Source of the DNA: a bacterium
GTDB lineage: Bacteria; Hydrothermota; UBA3073; JACQXS01; JAQTXJ01
DNA length: 64,000 nt
Direction of reading: 5' to 3'
Assembly (NCBI GenBank): GCA_041649255.1
Contig: JBAZNK010000006.1
Location: 12,225-76,224 of the forward strand
Under the pieces are notes generated by a model. It was not told the origin of the DNA. It searched no databases and saw only the letters and a list, made by a program, of their open reading frames with translations. The translations under genes were made by a program, and so were the position numbers. Positions 38,109 through 47,587 of the stretch are shown piece after piece; the stretch's first letter is position 1, and each line of letters starts with the position of its first letter.

Positions 38109-38552
38109 TCAAACTTTTTTATGGAATGATAGGGGATAACTATCTAAATAAACACACAAAAAGTTTCTCGTTAAAAAAGGGGTTACTTTTTCCAATCCTT
38201 GCTGAATGCTAACAACGGAAGTCAGCATCAAACCTGTAATACTTTTCCACATATACGTGCTGAGGTTTACTGGCTGTGATTTTCCGGTTTTATTTTTATA
38301 TTTCAGGTTATAGGTGCTAATTTTTTTAACAGCCAGACATAAACAGTCCTGAAGAATATCTTCCCCGTATTGTTTGACGATTGAAGGATAGAGAGTGGTC
38401 TTAATCCGAAACAAAAAGAATCCAATTAAATGGAGTAACAGTTCTGATTGTGCTGAAGAGTTTCCCTTTTGGGCAAGTACAATAAGTTTTCTTTCTTGTT
38501 TGAGAGGAAGTTTTTTATATTCTCTGATTATTTTTTGATAGGGCTCGAACAA
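38109..38552 (-). pseudogene. Truncated ECF-type sigma-70 family gene. Region 2 is present and region 4 is absent; the 3' end runs into a repeated 33-mer.
   Basis: Region-2-like LIVLAQKGNSSAQSELLLHLIGFFLFRI...YGEDILQDCLCLAVKKISTYNL...NLSTYMWKSITG. The C-terminal tail ...SIQQGLEKVTPFLTRNFLCVYLDSYPLSFHKKV has no region-4 HTH and is encoded across the repeat at 38166-38198. Confidence 0.5.
38166..38198. repeat. 33-nt exact repeat (copy 2), embedded in the 3' end of the sigma-like ORF.
   Basis: aaaaaggggttactttttccaatccttgctga, identical to 28227-28259. Confidence 0.8.
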
Positions 38553-38603
38553 GTTTTTCTGCGATGTTCTTTAAACTCTGTATTTTATATAAGTACCAAC
38601 GAT

Positions 38604-38636
38604 AGAAGCCCTTCCAGAAAATTCCAGAAGGGCTTC
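38604..38636. terminator. Hairpin between the giant GH gene's stop and the sigma-like ORF; possibly a bidirectional terminator.
   Basis: agaagcccttc ... gaagggcttc stem with loop cagaaaattcca. The plus-strand side is followed by gtatctgttttaaaattttttt; the U-tract on the minus-strand side is weak. Confidence 0.35.
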
Positions 38637-38656
38637 GTATCTGTTTTAAAATTTTT

Positions 38657-41600
38657 TTATTTCATCAATATGAGTTTCTTTGTCTCCTTATAGTCGCCCG
38701 CTTTGAACTTCGCAAAGTAAATACCCGTTGGATAGTCTTTTGAGTTGAGTTCTGCTTTGTAATATCCCGGTATTTGTTCTTCGTTGACTAATGCCTTTAC
38801 ACACCTCCCGGTTAAATCATAAAGTCTTAATGATACTTTACTTGTTGTTGGTATTGAGTATTGAATTATTGTCCTGTTTTTGAATGGATTCGGATAATTC
38901 TGGTATAGTTTGAATACCAAAGGTTTTCCGGTTTTATCCATATATGATGCAGGGGTATAACCATCAGGAATCGTATCTGAAAAAATAATACCCACCGTTC
39001 CATCTGTTGCTGTCCCGCCCCCCTTCGTTCCTTCTGTTACTAAAATCGTTCCTGTAAAGTTATTAGTGTCTCGATAAACCGTTACTATTCCTCCTGAACC
39101 TCCACCACCATAGCAGTTTGAGATTGCTCCTCCAGTCCCTCCGATTGCATTTATGTTTCCCGTGCCTGCAAGAATTTTAGCATAAATTAATATGCTTCCC
39201 CCGGATGCGCCTCCTCCGGCATACGAAGTTTTGGATATACCTGAAGAGCCGTTTGCAGAAAGACTTCCGTTTAACAGTATTTTTCCACTTTCACAACTTA
39301 AGATTATCCTGCCTCCACCTGAACCTCCACCCCACCAATATCCACTTGTTGTCCCCCAGTCTCCTCCTCCCGAACCTAAAATATTGGGATTCAGCGTGTC
39401 ATCATACGTTGCTCCGTGATCTCCCGTGCCTCCGGGAGTATAGTAGTTACCGTGTCCTCCAAAAGTAAAATGCGATGCTCCACCGCCTGCGTGCATCGAG
39501 CTTCCCGCGTGTCCTGCTCCCTCTCCGGTATTATGACCATATCCCTTGGAATTTGCTAAAATGTATGAATTTGAATTAATTATCAAACTATCCACTGGTG
39601 AAAGTTCTACGTTGCCGACTATAGAATCATTTGCAGTCAACCTTATCCAGTTATCTGCGAGTTCTACCCCTTTAATAAACCCTTCTTTACTGTTAGAATT
39701 TGTTGCTGTGTTTACAGGCGATAATAGTGCTATAGTTCTATCTTGCGTCCGGACTAAAATCGTTCCCGGCTGGCCGTCACAGGCATTGTAAAAACCGTCT
39801 CCTCCACTGGCGTCAAGCCTTCCCGCCCAATTTGAATTTTTATATTGTATAAAAATCCTGCCCGCTCCGCCGCCACCGCCATCCGTGTAAGCAGGACTGG
39901 AAGAGTGAGCTCCGTCTCCACCTTTCACACTTATTACTCCATTCCCCGATAATGAATCCGTTTCTATAGATATGCCACCGCCAGAGCCTCCTCCGCCAAC
40001 TTTTCCATCGCTTCCTGTCCCGAATCCTCCATTGGAACGGAGACTTCCGGATATATTTATATTTCCAGAGCACATCAGTTTTATTGCCGCTCCGCCTTTT
40101 CCACCTTTTCCCCAGAGCGTAACATCTGAATTCCCACCCCCGGAACCACGTTCCCATGTTGTATTGTCTCCATAAACATACCCGCCATACTGTGTCGTAT
40201 CGTAAACGTTATTTCCGCCGTGTCCACCTCTACCCCCAAATCCAGCTCCTGATGAGCCGTGCGAGACTGAACCTCGTACTCCTGCACCCGGTCCATTTTC
40301 TGCGTCATATCCTGCGGAATCCCCGCTAAATGTGCCTGCTATACTTATTGATTTTGCATGTATTATTACATCTCCGTATTCTGAGCCATTCCAGGGTTTA
40401 ACTTTCATTGTAACCCCTGAGCCTATGCTGAAACTGCCCAAATTCCACTGTCCCCCTGAAACTTCTCTTGTACTGTCAGCAGTCCACGTCCAGTTATCTC
40501 CTTTATAATCCTTACCCGTGCAAATGGAAAATACGGAATCGCTCATATCCGAAGCACTGTGCCCGGCAGGGTCATACGCTATCGCTTTTATCTTATAAGC
40601 ATCAAAAGTTGAGTCAATGGCATCCGTAATGTTAAAATCTATTTCAAAAGTATCTCCCATTATATGCGGGAAAACTGTTTTTATACAGGTATCCGACATC
40701 CCTGTTTTCGTTAACCATATTTGCAATGATTCAACCGCTACACTGTCTTCAGCTCTTATTTTAACCTGATAGGTATCGCCTATTGCCAGATATTCGCCGC
40801 CATTCGGATATATAATACTGATTTCAGGAGGCAATGTATCTACCAATAACCTTAAGTTGTCAAACCATGCCTGTCCTTTGAAAGACATATCTCCAAACAA
40901 ACCTATCCGGAGAGTATCGAATCTATTTGAGTTCCAGCCATTATAAGAATATGTCCAATCCATACTATCACCTGTATATTTATCAGTATGGAAAGTATCT
41001 CCGACACTCCATACACCGATTCCAACTCCTACAGCACCTGCTTCGGGCTGAACTTTTTGCCACCATGTAAGCCAATATGTTGTGCTATCATTACAGGGAA
41101 TATTGTTTTGATAAAATCCTGGCCAATCGTCTAACGTATCGCTATGTATGTAAGCGCAGGAATCTCCATGTTGGACATTATTGGCAGAAGCTTCCAGAGT
41201 TGCTTTGCCCCTTAGCTCCCAGCAAATAACGCCTTCTTCAAAATCGGGATTGAATATCCATTCGTCAGTCGCTGTAAATACCTGAGATATGGCATAACCC
41301 ATATTGTCTAGGCTATCCCACGCTTTTACTTTTATCCTATAGTCTCCTTTGCTAACATTGACAGTCCAGTTATATAAAGTATCCTGCGAAGATACCTGTC
41401 CTGACCCGATTTGTGAAACATCTGCTCCCGCAGTATCCGCAAGCCACACCTGTTGGGAAGTAACGCCGTTATTAGATAAAACAATCCATTTAATCGACAT
41501 ATTATAGCCGATTCTCCATTTATGGCACTTATTATCGTATTCCTGAGGTGAAGTGATAGCAACTTTTGGAGGAGCAATATTTTTAGGACTAAACGTAATA

Positions 41601-44251
41601 TCAAAGATGGGATTATTATTCTCAGACCAGATAGTATAAAGCCATTCGCTGTCAGGAGACAATGCTATATGAGGAAATTCGGATAATACCCCTGAACTGC
41701 CGCTTATGTTGCAGGGTGTTGACCAGTCGTTTGCGGATATCCGCCGGCTGAAATATATGTCTTTCCCAGTGCTTCCCGTATTTGACCATGCGACAACTGC
41801 CCCATATTCAGGATTTATAACTACAGGATACCCGTTACCTCCTGAACTGATTGTAGCTATCGTTTCATAACTACTCCAGCTTGTCCCGTTATAACTCGAA
41901 AAACAAATAGTATGATTGCTAAAATCAGTCCATACGGCAGTTACTTTACCTGAATCCGCGTATGCAATTGAGGGGAAATGAGAATCATGTCCTGTAACTG
42001 ATATTACATTAGTAGTATTCCAATTGTCTTTCCCGTTTCTTATCGCGCTATGTATTCTCATATACCCGCCGTATTCCTGCCATTCCTGCCATATTATGTG
42101 TACAGTCCCGTTGCTTACGGCTATTGACTGGTCATTCAACAATTGAGTTTCGTCTTTATCTTTGTAAAACTGGTCTTCCAAATCCGGTTCGGTATCTGGC
42201 GAATTTGATGGGAAATTATAATAACATATTTTTCTTGCCGGATTACCCCAATTCAAATAATGCGCAACCCAAGCGATATGCGCAGTGTTTCCCTCTGTGG
42301 CAATAGAAGGTGCTGAAGTCCCGAATATGCTATAGTATTGAAGAACTGGATTATGCCACGTATTTCCATCATCACTATAGGTATACCAGATACGCCAGCG
42401 CCAGCTGTTGCTCCTGAACACAACACATCTTCTTCCTGAAGCATCTATTGCAATGCTTGGATTATATGCATAATATGTCATTTTCCCGCTGATGCACTTT
42501 TTTGTGGACCAGGAAGTTCCACCATTGCTTGATTCTTCATAGTATATTTTGTTGTCGGATTCATAGACTCTGCATATTGTTCCATCCGACATAACTGCCA
42601 TTTTATTGCCGTTATTGTACGCAATCGCTTCAGAGTGGTTACTCTTACTGTTGATATTATTGAAGTTGTTAATGCAATCACGGACGCTGTCAAACGCCGG
42701 TTTATACGAAAGTGCAACCGGCGGGTCGGGTTCAAGCACTCTTTCAAAACCCACAACAGAATCGGCTAATAGATTTACGCTTGGGTTTGATAAAGTATGC
42801 AAATGAATATCGTCCCATTTAACTTCCCCTTTCCCATAATTTAAACAAAGTCCAACACGAAAACTATCACTGCCGGAAGGAGTGGTAAATCGAAGACTAT
42901 CTCGGAACCAATCAATATGAGTTAGTGTAATTGGTGGCATCGCAAACCACTGCTCGCCATAGTTTCCTTTAACCCATATTCCCATAATTGCTCCTTTGGG
43001 ATTAGAGGAAGTACCCGTTGCAATATTACTGTTTTTAAGCCATACCGATACTTCATATGTGTCCGGCTGGCAGGTAACCCAGTTAGACCGCATTATCATT
43101 TCTTTATCATTAAATTCTTGCATATTCATATCACAACTGTAACTTCCTGAATGATAGTCAGTGGACATTTTTATTGTCCCGTTATTCCATTTTACGTTTT
43201 GCCAGCCTAAGAAAGTATTGTCTTTCGGGTATCTCAGAAGCCCATGGTCCCAGTTATTCTCCCACGGCACATCCCACATTTCATATAAGAATGTCTTGTT
43301 AAACCATTCCCTTTGCAACATTCCCTTGAAAACACCAACAAAATAACTTGCCTGTTGCTGTTCGGTATATTGTCCTTGTGGAGTTGTGCTTAAACCCGTT
43401 TCCGTTACCCAGAACGGGTGGTCACCTACTCCTTTATTTACCATATAACGTCTTACGCTATCAATATCATTACAAAAAATAGCAGCATCAAGCGTGGAAC
43501 AATTTTTAACCGTATAGATATGATATGAAAAAACATCTATATAGTCAAACCCGCCTAAAGTATCTAATCTTTCTATCCATTCGTTTCCCCAATGAGGTGT
43601 TCCTGTATTGTCATGATAATTAAACCAGTAAGTTTCCGGTCCGCTGACGAAACAGCTTGAGTCAACGTTTTTTAGTGCCTCATAGCCCGGCTTCAGGATT
43701 TTATTGAAATAATCGTCTGCCGTTCCGGCAAAAAACTCGTGATAATTGGGCTCATTCCACATCCCGTAATGTTTGATAGGATAGGGAAAGCCATTATCAT
43801 CGTAATTCACATCATATCTTTCAACTAATGCCGCTATAAATTCTCCCCAATATGTTGCATCATCCGGGGGATAATTGCTTGAATCTCTCCACATTTTTTC
43901 AGTTATACTGTCAGGTCTAGGATTAGAATTTGCTCTTGCCCATACTGGAGTGTAGTGTATATCCGCAAGGATATGCAATCCTCTTGACTCTGCCGCATAA
44001 ACCCTTCCGTCTATTTCAGTCCAGTTATAGCAGTTTCTCGTAGTTTCAATGTCGCTCCACGTGAACAGCATTCTTACCCACGTCATATTGCAGGCGACAA
44101 CGGAATCAAGCGGCGCATAAATGTTGTCACCGCTTGTCGCATTCCCATTAACCCCAAATGGAGTATCATATAATATCTCTGTTGCCGGACACTTATTGAC
44201 TGAAAACGCAACAAGCGCCATAATCCATAAATACAAAGCAATCCTTTTCAT
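38657..44251 (-). CDS. Giant secreted protein of 1864 aa. It has an N-terminal clan GH-A (GH5/GH39-like) glycoside hydrolase domain, BNR/sialidase-like repeats, Ig-like regions, two Gly-rich solenoid-like modules and a T9SS C-terminal sorting domain. It is a paralog of 11918..18541 over the C-terminal ~450 aa.
   Basis: Catalytic acid motif HYGMWNEPN and nucleophile motif FWVTETGLST. BNR-like SNGGTSWS, SDDGNTWH. Gly-rich modules GGGNSDVTLWGKGGKGGAAIKLMCSG...GGGGSGGGISIETDS... and GGGSGGGRIILSCES...GGGASGGSILIYAK.... CTD KPLVFKLYQNYPNPFKNRTIIQYSIP...IYFAKFKAGDYKETKKLILMK, ~80% identical to the CTD of the 2207-aa protein. Confidence 0.85.
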   Translation of the reverse strand: MKRIALYLWIMALVAFSVNKCPATEILYDTPFGVNGNATSGDNIYAPLDSVVACNMTWVRMLFTWSDIETTRNCYNWTEIDGRVYAAESRGLHILADIHYTPVWARANSNPRPDSITEKMWRDSSNYPPDDATYWGEFIAALVERYDVNYDDNGFPYPIKHYGMWNEPNYHEFFAGTADDYFNKILKPGYEALKNVDSSCFVSGPETYWFNYHDNTGTPHWGNEWIERLDTLGGFDYIDVFSYHIYTVKNCSTLDAAIFCNDIDSVRRYMVNKGVGDHPFWVTETGLSTTPQGQYTEQQQASYFVGVFKGMLQREWFNKTFLYEMWDVPWENNWDHGLLRYPKDNTFLGWQNVKWNNGTIKMSTDYHSGSYSCDMNMQEFNDKEMIMRSNWVTCQPDTYEVSVWLKNSNIATGTSSNPKGAIMGIWVKGNYGEQWFAMPPITLTHIDWFRDSLRFTTPSGSDSFRVGLCLNYGKGEVKWDDIHLHTLSNPSVNLLADSVVGFERVLEPDPPVALSYKPAFDSVRDCINNFNNINSKSNHSEAIAYNNGNKMAVMSDGTICRVYESDNKIYYEESSNGGTSWSTKKCISGKMTYYAYNPSIAIDASGRRCVVFRSNSWRWRIWYTYSDDGNTWHNPVLQYYSIFGTSAPSIATEGNTAHIAWVAHYLNWGNPARKICYYNFPSNSPDTEPDLEDQFYKDKDETQLLNDQSIAVSNGTVHIIWQEWQEYGGYMRIHSAIRNGKDNWNTTNVISVTGHDSHFPSIAYADSGKVTAVWTDFSNHTICFSSYNGTSWSSYETIATISSGGNGYPVVINPEYGAVVAWSNTGSTGKDIYFSRRISANDWSTPCNISGSSGVLSEFPHIALSPDSEWLYTIWSENNNPIFDITFSPKNIAPPKVAITSPQEYDNKCHKWRIGYNMSIKWIVLSNNGVTSQQVWLADTAGADVSQIGSGQVSSQDTLYNWTVNVSKGDYRIKVKAWDSLDNMGYAISQVFTATDEWIFNPDFEEGVICWELRGKATLEASANNVQHGDSCAYIHSDTLDDWPGFYQNNIPCNDSTTYWLTWWQKVQPEAGAVGVGIGVWSVGDTFHTDKYTGDSMDWTYSYNGWNSNRFDTLRIGLFGDMSFKGQAWFDNLRLLVDTLPPEISIIYPNGGEYLAIGDTYQVKIRAEDSVAVESLQIWLTKTGMSDTCIKTVFPHIMGDTFEIDFNITDAIDSTFDAYKIKAIAYDPAGHSASDMSDSVFSICTGKDYKGDNWTWTADSTREVSGGQWNLGSFSIGSGVTMKVKPWNGSEYGDVIIHAKSISIAGTFSGDSAGYDAENGPGAGVRGSVSHGSSGAGFGGRGGHGGNNVYDTTQYGGYVYGDNTTWERGSGGGNSDVTLWGKGGKGGAAIKLMCSGNINISGSLRSNGGFGTGSDGKVGGGGSGGGISIETDSLSGNGVISVKGGDGAHSSSPAYTDGGGGGAGRIFIQYKNSNWAGRLDASGGDGFYNACDGQPGTILVRTQDRTIALLSPVNTATNSNSKEGFIKGVELADNWIRLTANDSIVGNVELSPVDSLIINSNSYILANSKGYGHNTGEGAGHAGSSMHAGGGASHFTFGGHGNYYTPGGTGDHGATYDDTLNPNILGSGGGDWGTTSGYWWGGGSGGGRIILSCESGKILLNGSLSANGSSGISKTSYAGGGASGGSILIYAKILAGTGNINAIGGTGGAISNCYGGGGSGGIVTVYRDTNNFTGTILVTEGTKGGGTATDGTVGIIFSDTIPDGYTPASYMDKTGKPLVFKLYQNYPNPFKNRTIIQYSIPTTSKVSLRLYDLTGRCVKALVNEEQIPGYYKAELNSKDYPTGIYFAKFKAGDYKETKKLILMK

Positions 44252-45912
44252 TTCAGCCCTCCCATTTTTATTATTTTTGTTAATTTACTATCGTTTACTT
44301 TTACGAAATATACACCTGATTTTAATTTTTTGCCTATGGAACATCCCACCTTGGCGGTGATGATATTATCTTTAGTTTCTTCCACTAACTTGCCTGCAAT
44401 ATCATAAATCTGTATTTTACTTTTTACTGATCCGCCTGAGGCGGAATAACTAATCACTGTTGACTGAATGAAAGGATTCGGCTCTGCTTTCAATTCCCAA
44501 ATCCGAAATCCAAAATCCAAATTTGGTGATTTTTCTTCTATCCCATATGCCTTTCCAGATAGACACCATACTTCCCCACCGTCACTTCCTCCATAAGTTA
44601 CCGCAACCACATCATCAAACCCGTCTCCATTAACATCTTTTATACCTGTAAGCCCCATAATATCCCCATAATCTGAAGTGTCTTTTCCTGAATATGACCA
44701 AATCGGAGTTCCGCTATCGCCTTTTAAACAATAGACATATCCATTCCAACATCCGGCTACTACTTCCTGAACTGAATCACCATTGATATCAGGTATTACA
44801 TCTAAATGACTAACAAGATGAGATGCCCGAAATGTCCATAAAACATTTGCTGAAGTGTCGATTCCCCCTTTTATACAAAGAAGAGAATCACTATCAAAAG
44901 ATGTAAAAATAGAAGCCAATATATCTGGAATACTATCCCCACTAACATCATTTATAGAGACAATAACACCTGTATTTATAGGATAGTTCCATACGATATT
45001 TCCTTTACTCCCTTCAAAAAGATATAATCCCGCTCCGCTATTTCCTCCAAGAATTTCTGGAATTCCGTTGCCAGATATATCACTTATTGAAGCAACAAGC
45101 ACAATATCTCCCGTCTCAGGAGGCTTATGAGACCATATTATACTATCTCCTTTTCCGCTTACGCAATAAATCTTATTTTCTGGACTTGTCTGTTTTTTCG
45201 TAGCACTTGATTTTACACTAAACTCAATAGATAGGTAACGGTTAGAGGATAAACTATTTTTTGGTCCATTATTAACGCACACTATAATATCTCTGATGCC
45301 ATCCCCATCAAGGTCTTCTGAAGTAGTAAGTGAACGATAACTATTCGTATATCCATTCAATGGGAACTCCCATAATATAGTGGCAGTATCTTTACTTGCT
45401 CCGTCAATACAATAGAGATTAAATGTTTGTTTTACTTCTATTGCTATATCACATATTCCGTCTCCATTTACATCTCCCATAGGTTCTACAAAGGTATAGA
45501 ATCCTGCCGTAGAATCAGTAAATCGCCATATAACACTTCCATCTGCACCACTAAGACAAAATGCAGGATAGGGACCTCCACTACATAAAACTACATCTGG
45601 AATACCATCCCCATTCACATCAGGAATGGAATCTACATCTACGACCATATTGGGAGCCTTGAATTTCCATATACTAACAGCACTATCCTGACTTGCTCCT
45701 TCAAAACAATACAGCGTATCATTGGCATTCCCTGCAAGCACGTCGTTAATCCCATTTCCATTTACATCTCTAATTGAAGATACGCACAACATTCTATCGC
45801 TTCCCTGAAACGACCACAATAGCGTGCCTTTATCTTCTGCATAAGAAGTTGAAATTAAGACCCCGCATAAAAACAAACTAAATAGTGTTTTCATTTGTCT
45901 CCTCTGGCGCAA
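44248..45912 (-). CDS. Secreted beta-propeller (FG-GAP/PQQ-like, DVNGDG-type repeats) protein of 554 aa with a T9SS-CTD-like C-terminus; tandem paralog 1.
   Basis: EDKGTLLWSFQGSDRMLCVSSIRDVNGNGINDVLAG; repeated D(V/I)NGDGIxD blades. C-terminus PNPFIQSTVISYSASGG...GVYFVKVNDSKLTKIIKMGGLK. Its stop overlaps the start of 38657..44251 by 4 nt. Confidence 0.75.
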   Translation of the reverse strand: MRQRRQMKTLFSLFLCGVLISTSYAEDKGTLLWSFQGSDRMLCVSSIRDVNGNGINDVLAGNANDTLYCFEGASQDSAVSIWKFKAPNMVVDVDSIPDVNGDGIPDVVLCSGGPYPAFCLSGADGSVIWRFTDSTAGFYTFVEPMGDVNGDGICDIAIEVKQTFNLYCIDGASKDTATILWEFPLNGYTNSYRSLTTSEDLDGDGIRDIIVCVNNGPKNSLSSNRYLSIEFSVKSSATKKQTSPENKIYCVSGKGDSIIWSHKPPETGDIVLVASISDISGNGIPEILGGNSGAGLYLFEGSKGNIVWNYPINTGVIVSINDVSGDSIPDILASIFTSFDSDSLLCIKGGIDTSANVLWTFRASHLVSHLDVIPDINGDSVQEVVAGCWNGYVYCLKGDSGTPIWSYSGKDTSDYGDIMGLTGIKDVNGDGFDDVVAVTYGGSDGGEVWCLSGKAYGIEEKSPNLDFGFRIWELKAEPNPFIQSTVISYSASGGSVKSKIQIYDIAGKLVEETKDNIITAKVGCSIGKKLKSGVYFVKVNDSKLTKIIKMGGLK

Positions 45913-45922
45913 TGCACCATAT

Positions 45923-47587
45923 TCACCTCAATTTAACCAATTTCTGTAAACTATTTTCATTTGTATTTGATTTGATAAAATATATCCCGGCAGGCAATGT
46001 TTTATTGTTATTGTCCTTCCCGTCCCATTTTATTTCGTTATTCGTCAATTGTGAACTGTTAGCCGGGAATTGACGGACTAAGCGTCCGGAAACATCATGA
46101 ATCGTTATTTTCGCTTTCTTATCGCCAGCAGGCAGGAGATAACGGATAGTAGTTGAATTTACAAATGGATTAGGCAAAGCCGTTATTTTTGATCCCGCCT
46201 TGGCGGGATTTGGTTTTTCCTCTATCCTGTATGCTTTTCCCGAAATACACCACACTTCCCCGTGATGGCTTCCGCCTCCGTAAGTTACACCAACTACTTC
46301 ATCAAACCCATCGCCGTTCACATCTTTAAGCGTTGTCATACCCATAATATCTCCGAATGACGTAGTATCTGTGCCTGAATATGACCAAATCGGAGTTCCG
46401 GTTTTCCCGGATATGCAAAAGATATGTCCATTCCACGTCCCTACTGCTATGTCACGAATCAAATCCCCATCTATGTCTGATGTTTGTTCAAGATGATTTA
46501 CGATATAGCCGGCGGGAAAAGACCAGAGCAAATGACCTAAGCTATCACTGTCGCCTTCTATGCAAGCAACTAAATAACCGCCACTACCGCTACCGCACCC
46601 TAAAATTGCTTCACGCTTTCCATCTCCATTTATGTCATCAATAGAAATGATTTTTAACATATTTGCTCCGGCGCTATATTCCCATATAACTTTACCGGTA
46701 TTTCCTTCAAGACAATAAGCTTTATAAGGAGTAAGTTGAGTTCCCAACAAAACATCTTGTGTCCCGTTGTTGTTTACATCTTCTATTGTGCTAACACACT
46801 CCGCTGCCATTTCGGGATTATCATATATCCACAAAGTATCTCCTGTTTTCCCGCTTATACAATAGACGCAACTTACAGGGTGTCCGCTGCTTTCACTTGC
46901 TCCTATTACAGCCTCTGCAACACTGTCCCCGTTAACGTCTTTTAGTGAAGTAACGCTATAAGAACTTCTTGCATACCCGCTTAACGGAAAACTCCACAAC
47001 ACAGTTGCTGAATCTTTGCTTGCCCCGTCAATACAAAAAGCTTTATAAAGTTCACGAGGCACCACTACCACATCACATATGCCATCCCCATTTACGTCTC
47101 CCATCGGCTGAAGCCATGTATAAGTAGATGATTTTTCTTTCGGAAATAGGTTCTTTACAGAATTAGCATAAAACATCCATATAGTATCCCCGCTCTGCCC
47201 ATCAAGACAAAAGACCTCATGCCCAAAACTGGATACCACCACATCACATATCCCGTCCCCGTTCACATCGGAAATTGTATCTGTATCCGTTATTAAATCA
47301 TCAAACCTTCCAAAAGTAAACGTCCATAATATTATTGCGCTATCCTGACTCTTCCCTTCAAAGCAGAATAGCGTATCATTCCAAGTCCCCACAAGCACAT
47401 CATTAAATCCATTTCCATTTACATCTCGGATTGAAGATACGCAAGTCATTGATTCAGTCCCATGAAACGACCATAGAAGCGTGCCTTTGTCTTCTGCTCT
47501 ACATTGCGATACTTGTTGACTGATACAAATACATATCAAAAAGATAACTTTTTTTCCGCCTGAGGCGGATTTCACTATGCTCAACAT
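45923..47587 (-). CDS. Secreted beta-propeller protein of 554 aa with a T9SS-CTD-like C-terminus; tandem paralog 2.
   Basis: AEDKGTLLWSFHGTESMTCVSSIRDVNGNGFNDVLVG; the blades are homologous to the neighbour. C-terminus LPNPFVNSTTIRYLLP...GIYFIKSNTNENSLQKLVKLR. Confidence 0.75.
   Translation of the reverse strand: MLSIVKSASGGKKVIFLICICISQQVSQCRAEDKGTLLWSFHGTESMTCVSSIRDVNGNGFNDVLVGTWNDTLFCFEGKSQDSAIILWTFTFGRFDDLITDTDTISDVNGDGICDVVVSSFGHEVFCLDGQSGDTIWMFYANSVKNLFPKEKSSTYTWLQPMGDVNGDGICDVVVVPRELYKAFCIDGASKDSATVLWSFPLSGYARSSYSVTSLKDVNGDSVAEAVIGASESSGHPVSCVYCISGKTGDTLWIYDNPEMAAECVSTIEDVNNNGTQDVLLGTQLTPYKAYCLEGNTGKVIWEYSAGANMLKIISIDDINGDGKREAILGCGSGSGGYLVACIEGDSDSLGHLLWSFPAGYIVNHLEQTSDIDGDLIRDIAVGTWNGHIFCISGKTGTPIWSYSGTDTTSFGDIMGMTTLKDVNGDGFDEVVGVTYGGGSHHGEVWCISGKAYRIEEKPNPAKAGSKITALPNPFVNSTTIRYLLPAGDKKAKITIHDVSGRLVRQFPANSSQLTNNEIKWDGKDNNNKTLPAGIYFIKSNTNENSLQKLVKLR

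Noticed and set aside
38469-38693. 74-aa plus-strand ORF between the sigma-like ORF and the GH gene.
   Set aside because: It overlaps the terminator hairpin and the 3' end of the minus-strand gene. It has low-complexity composition and is likely non-coding.
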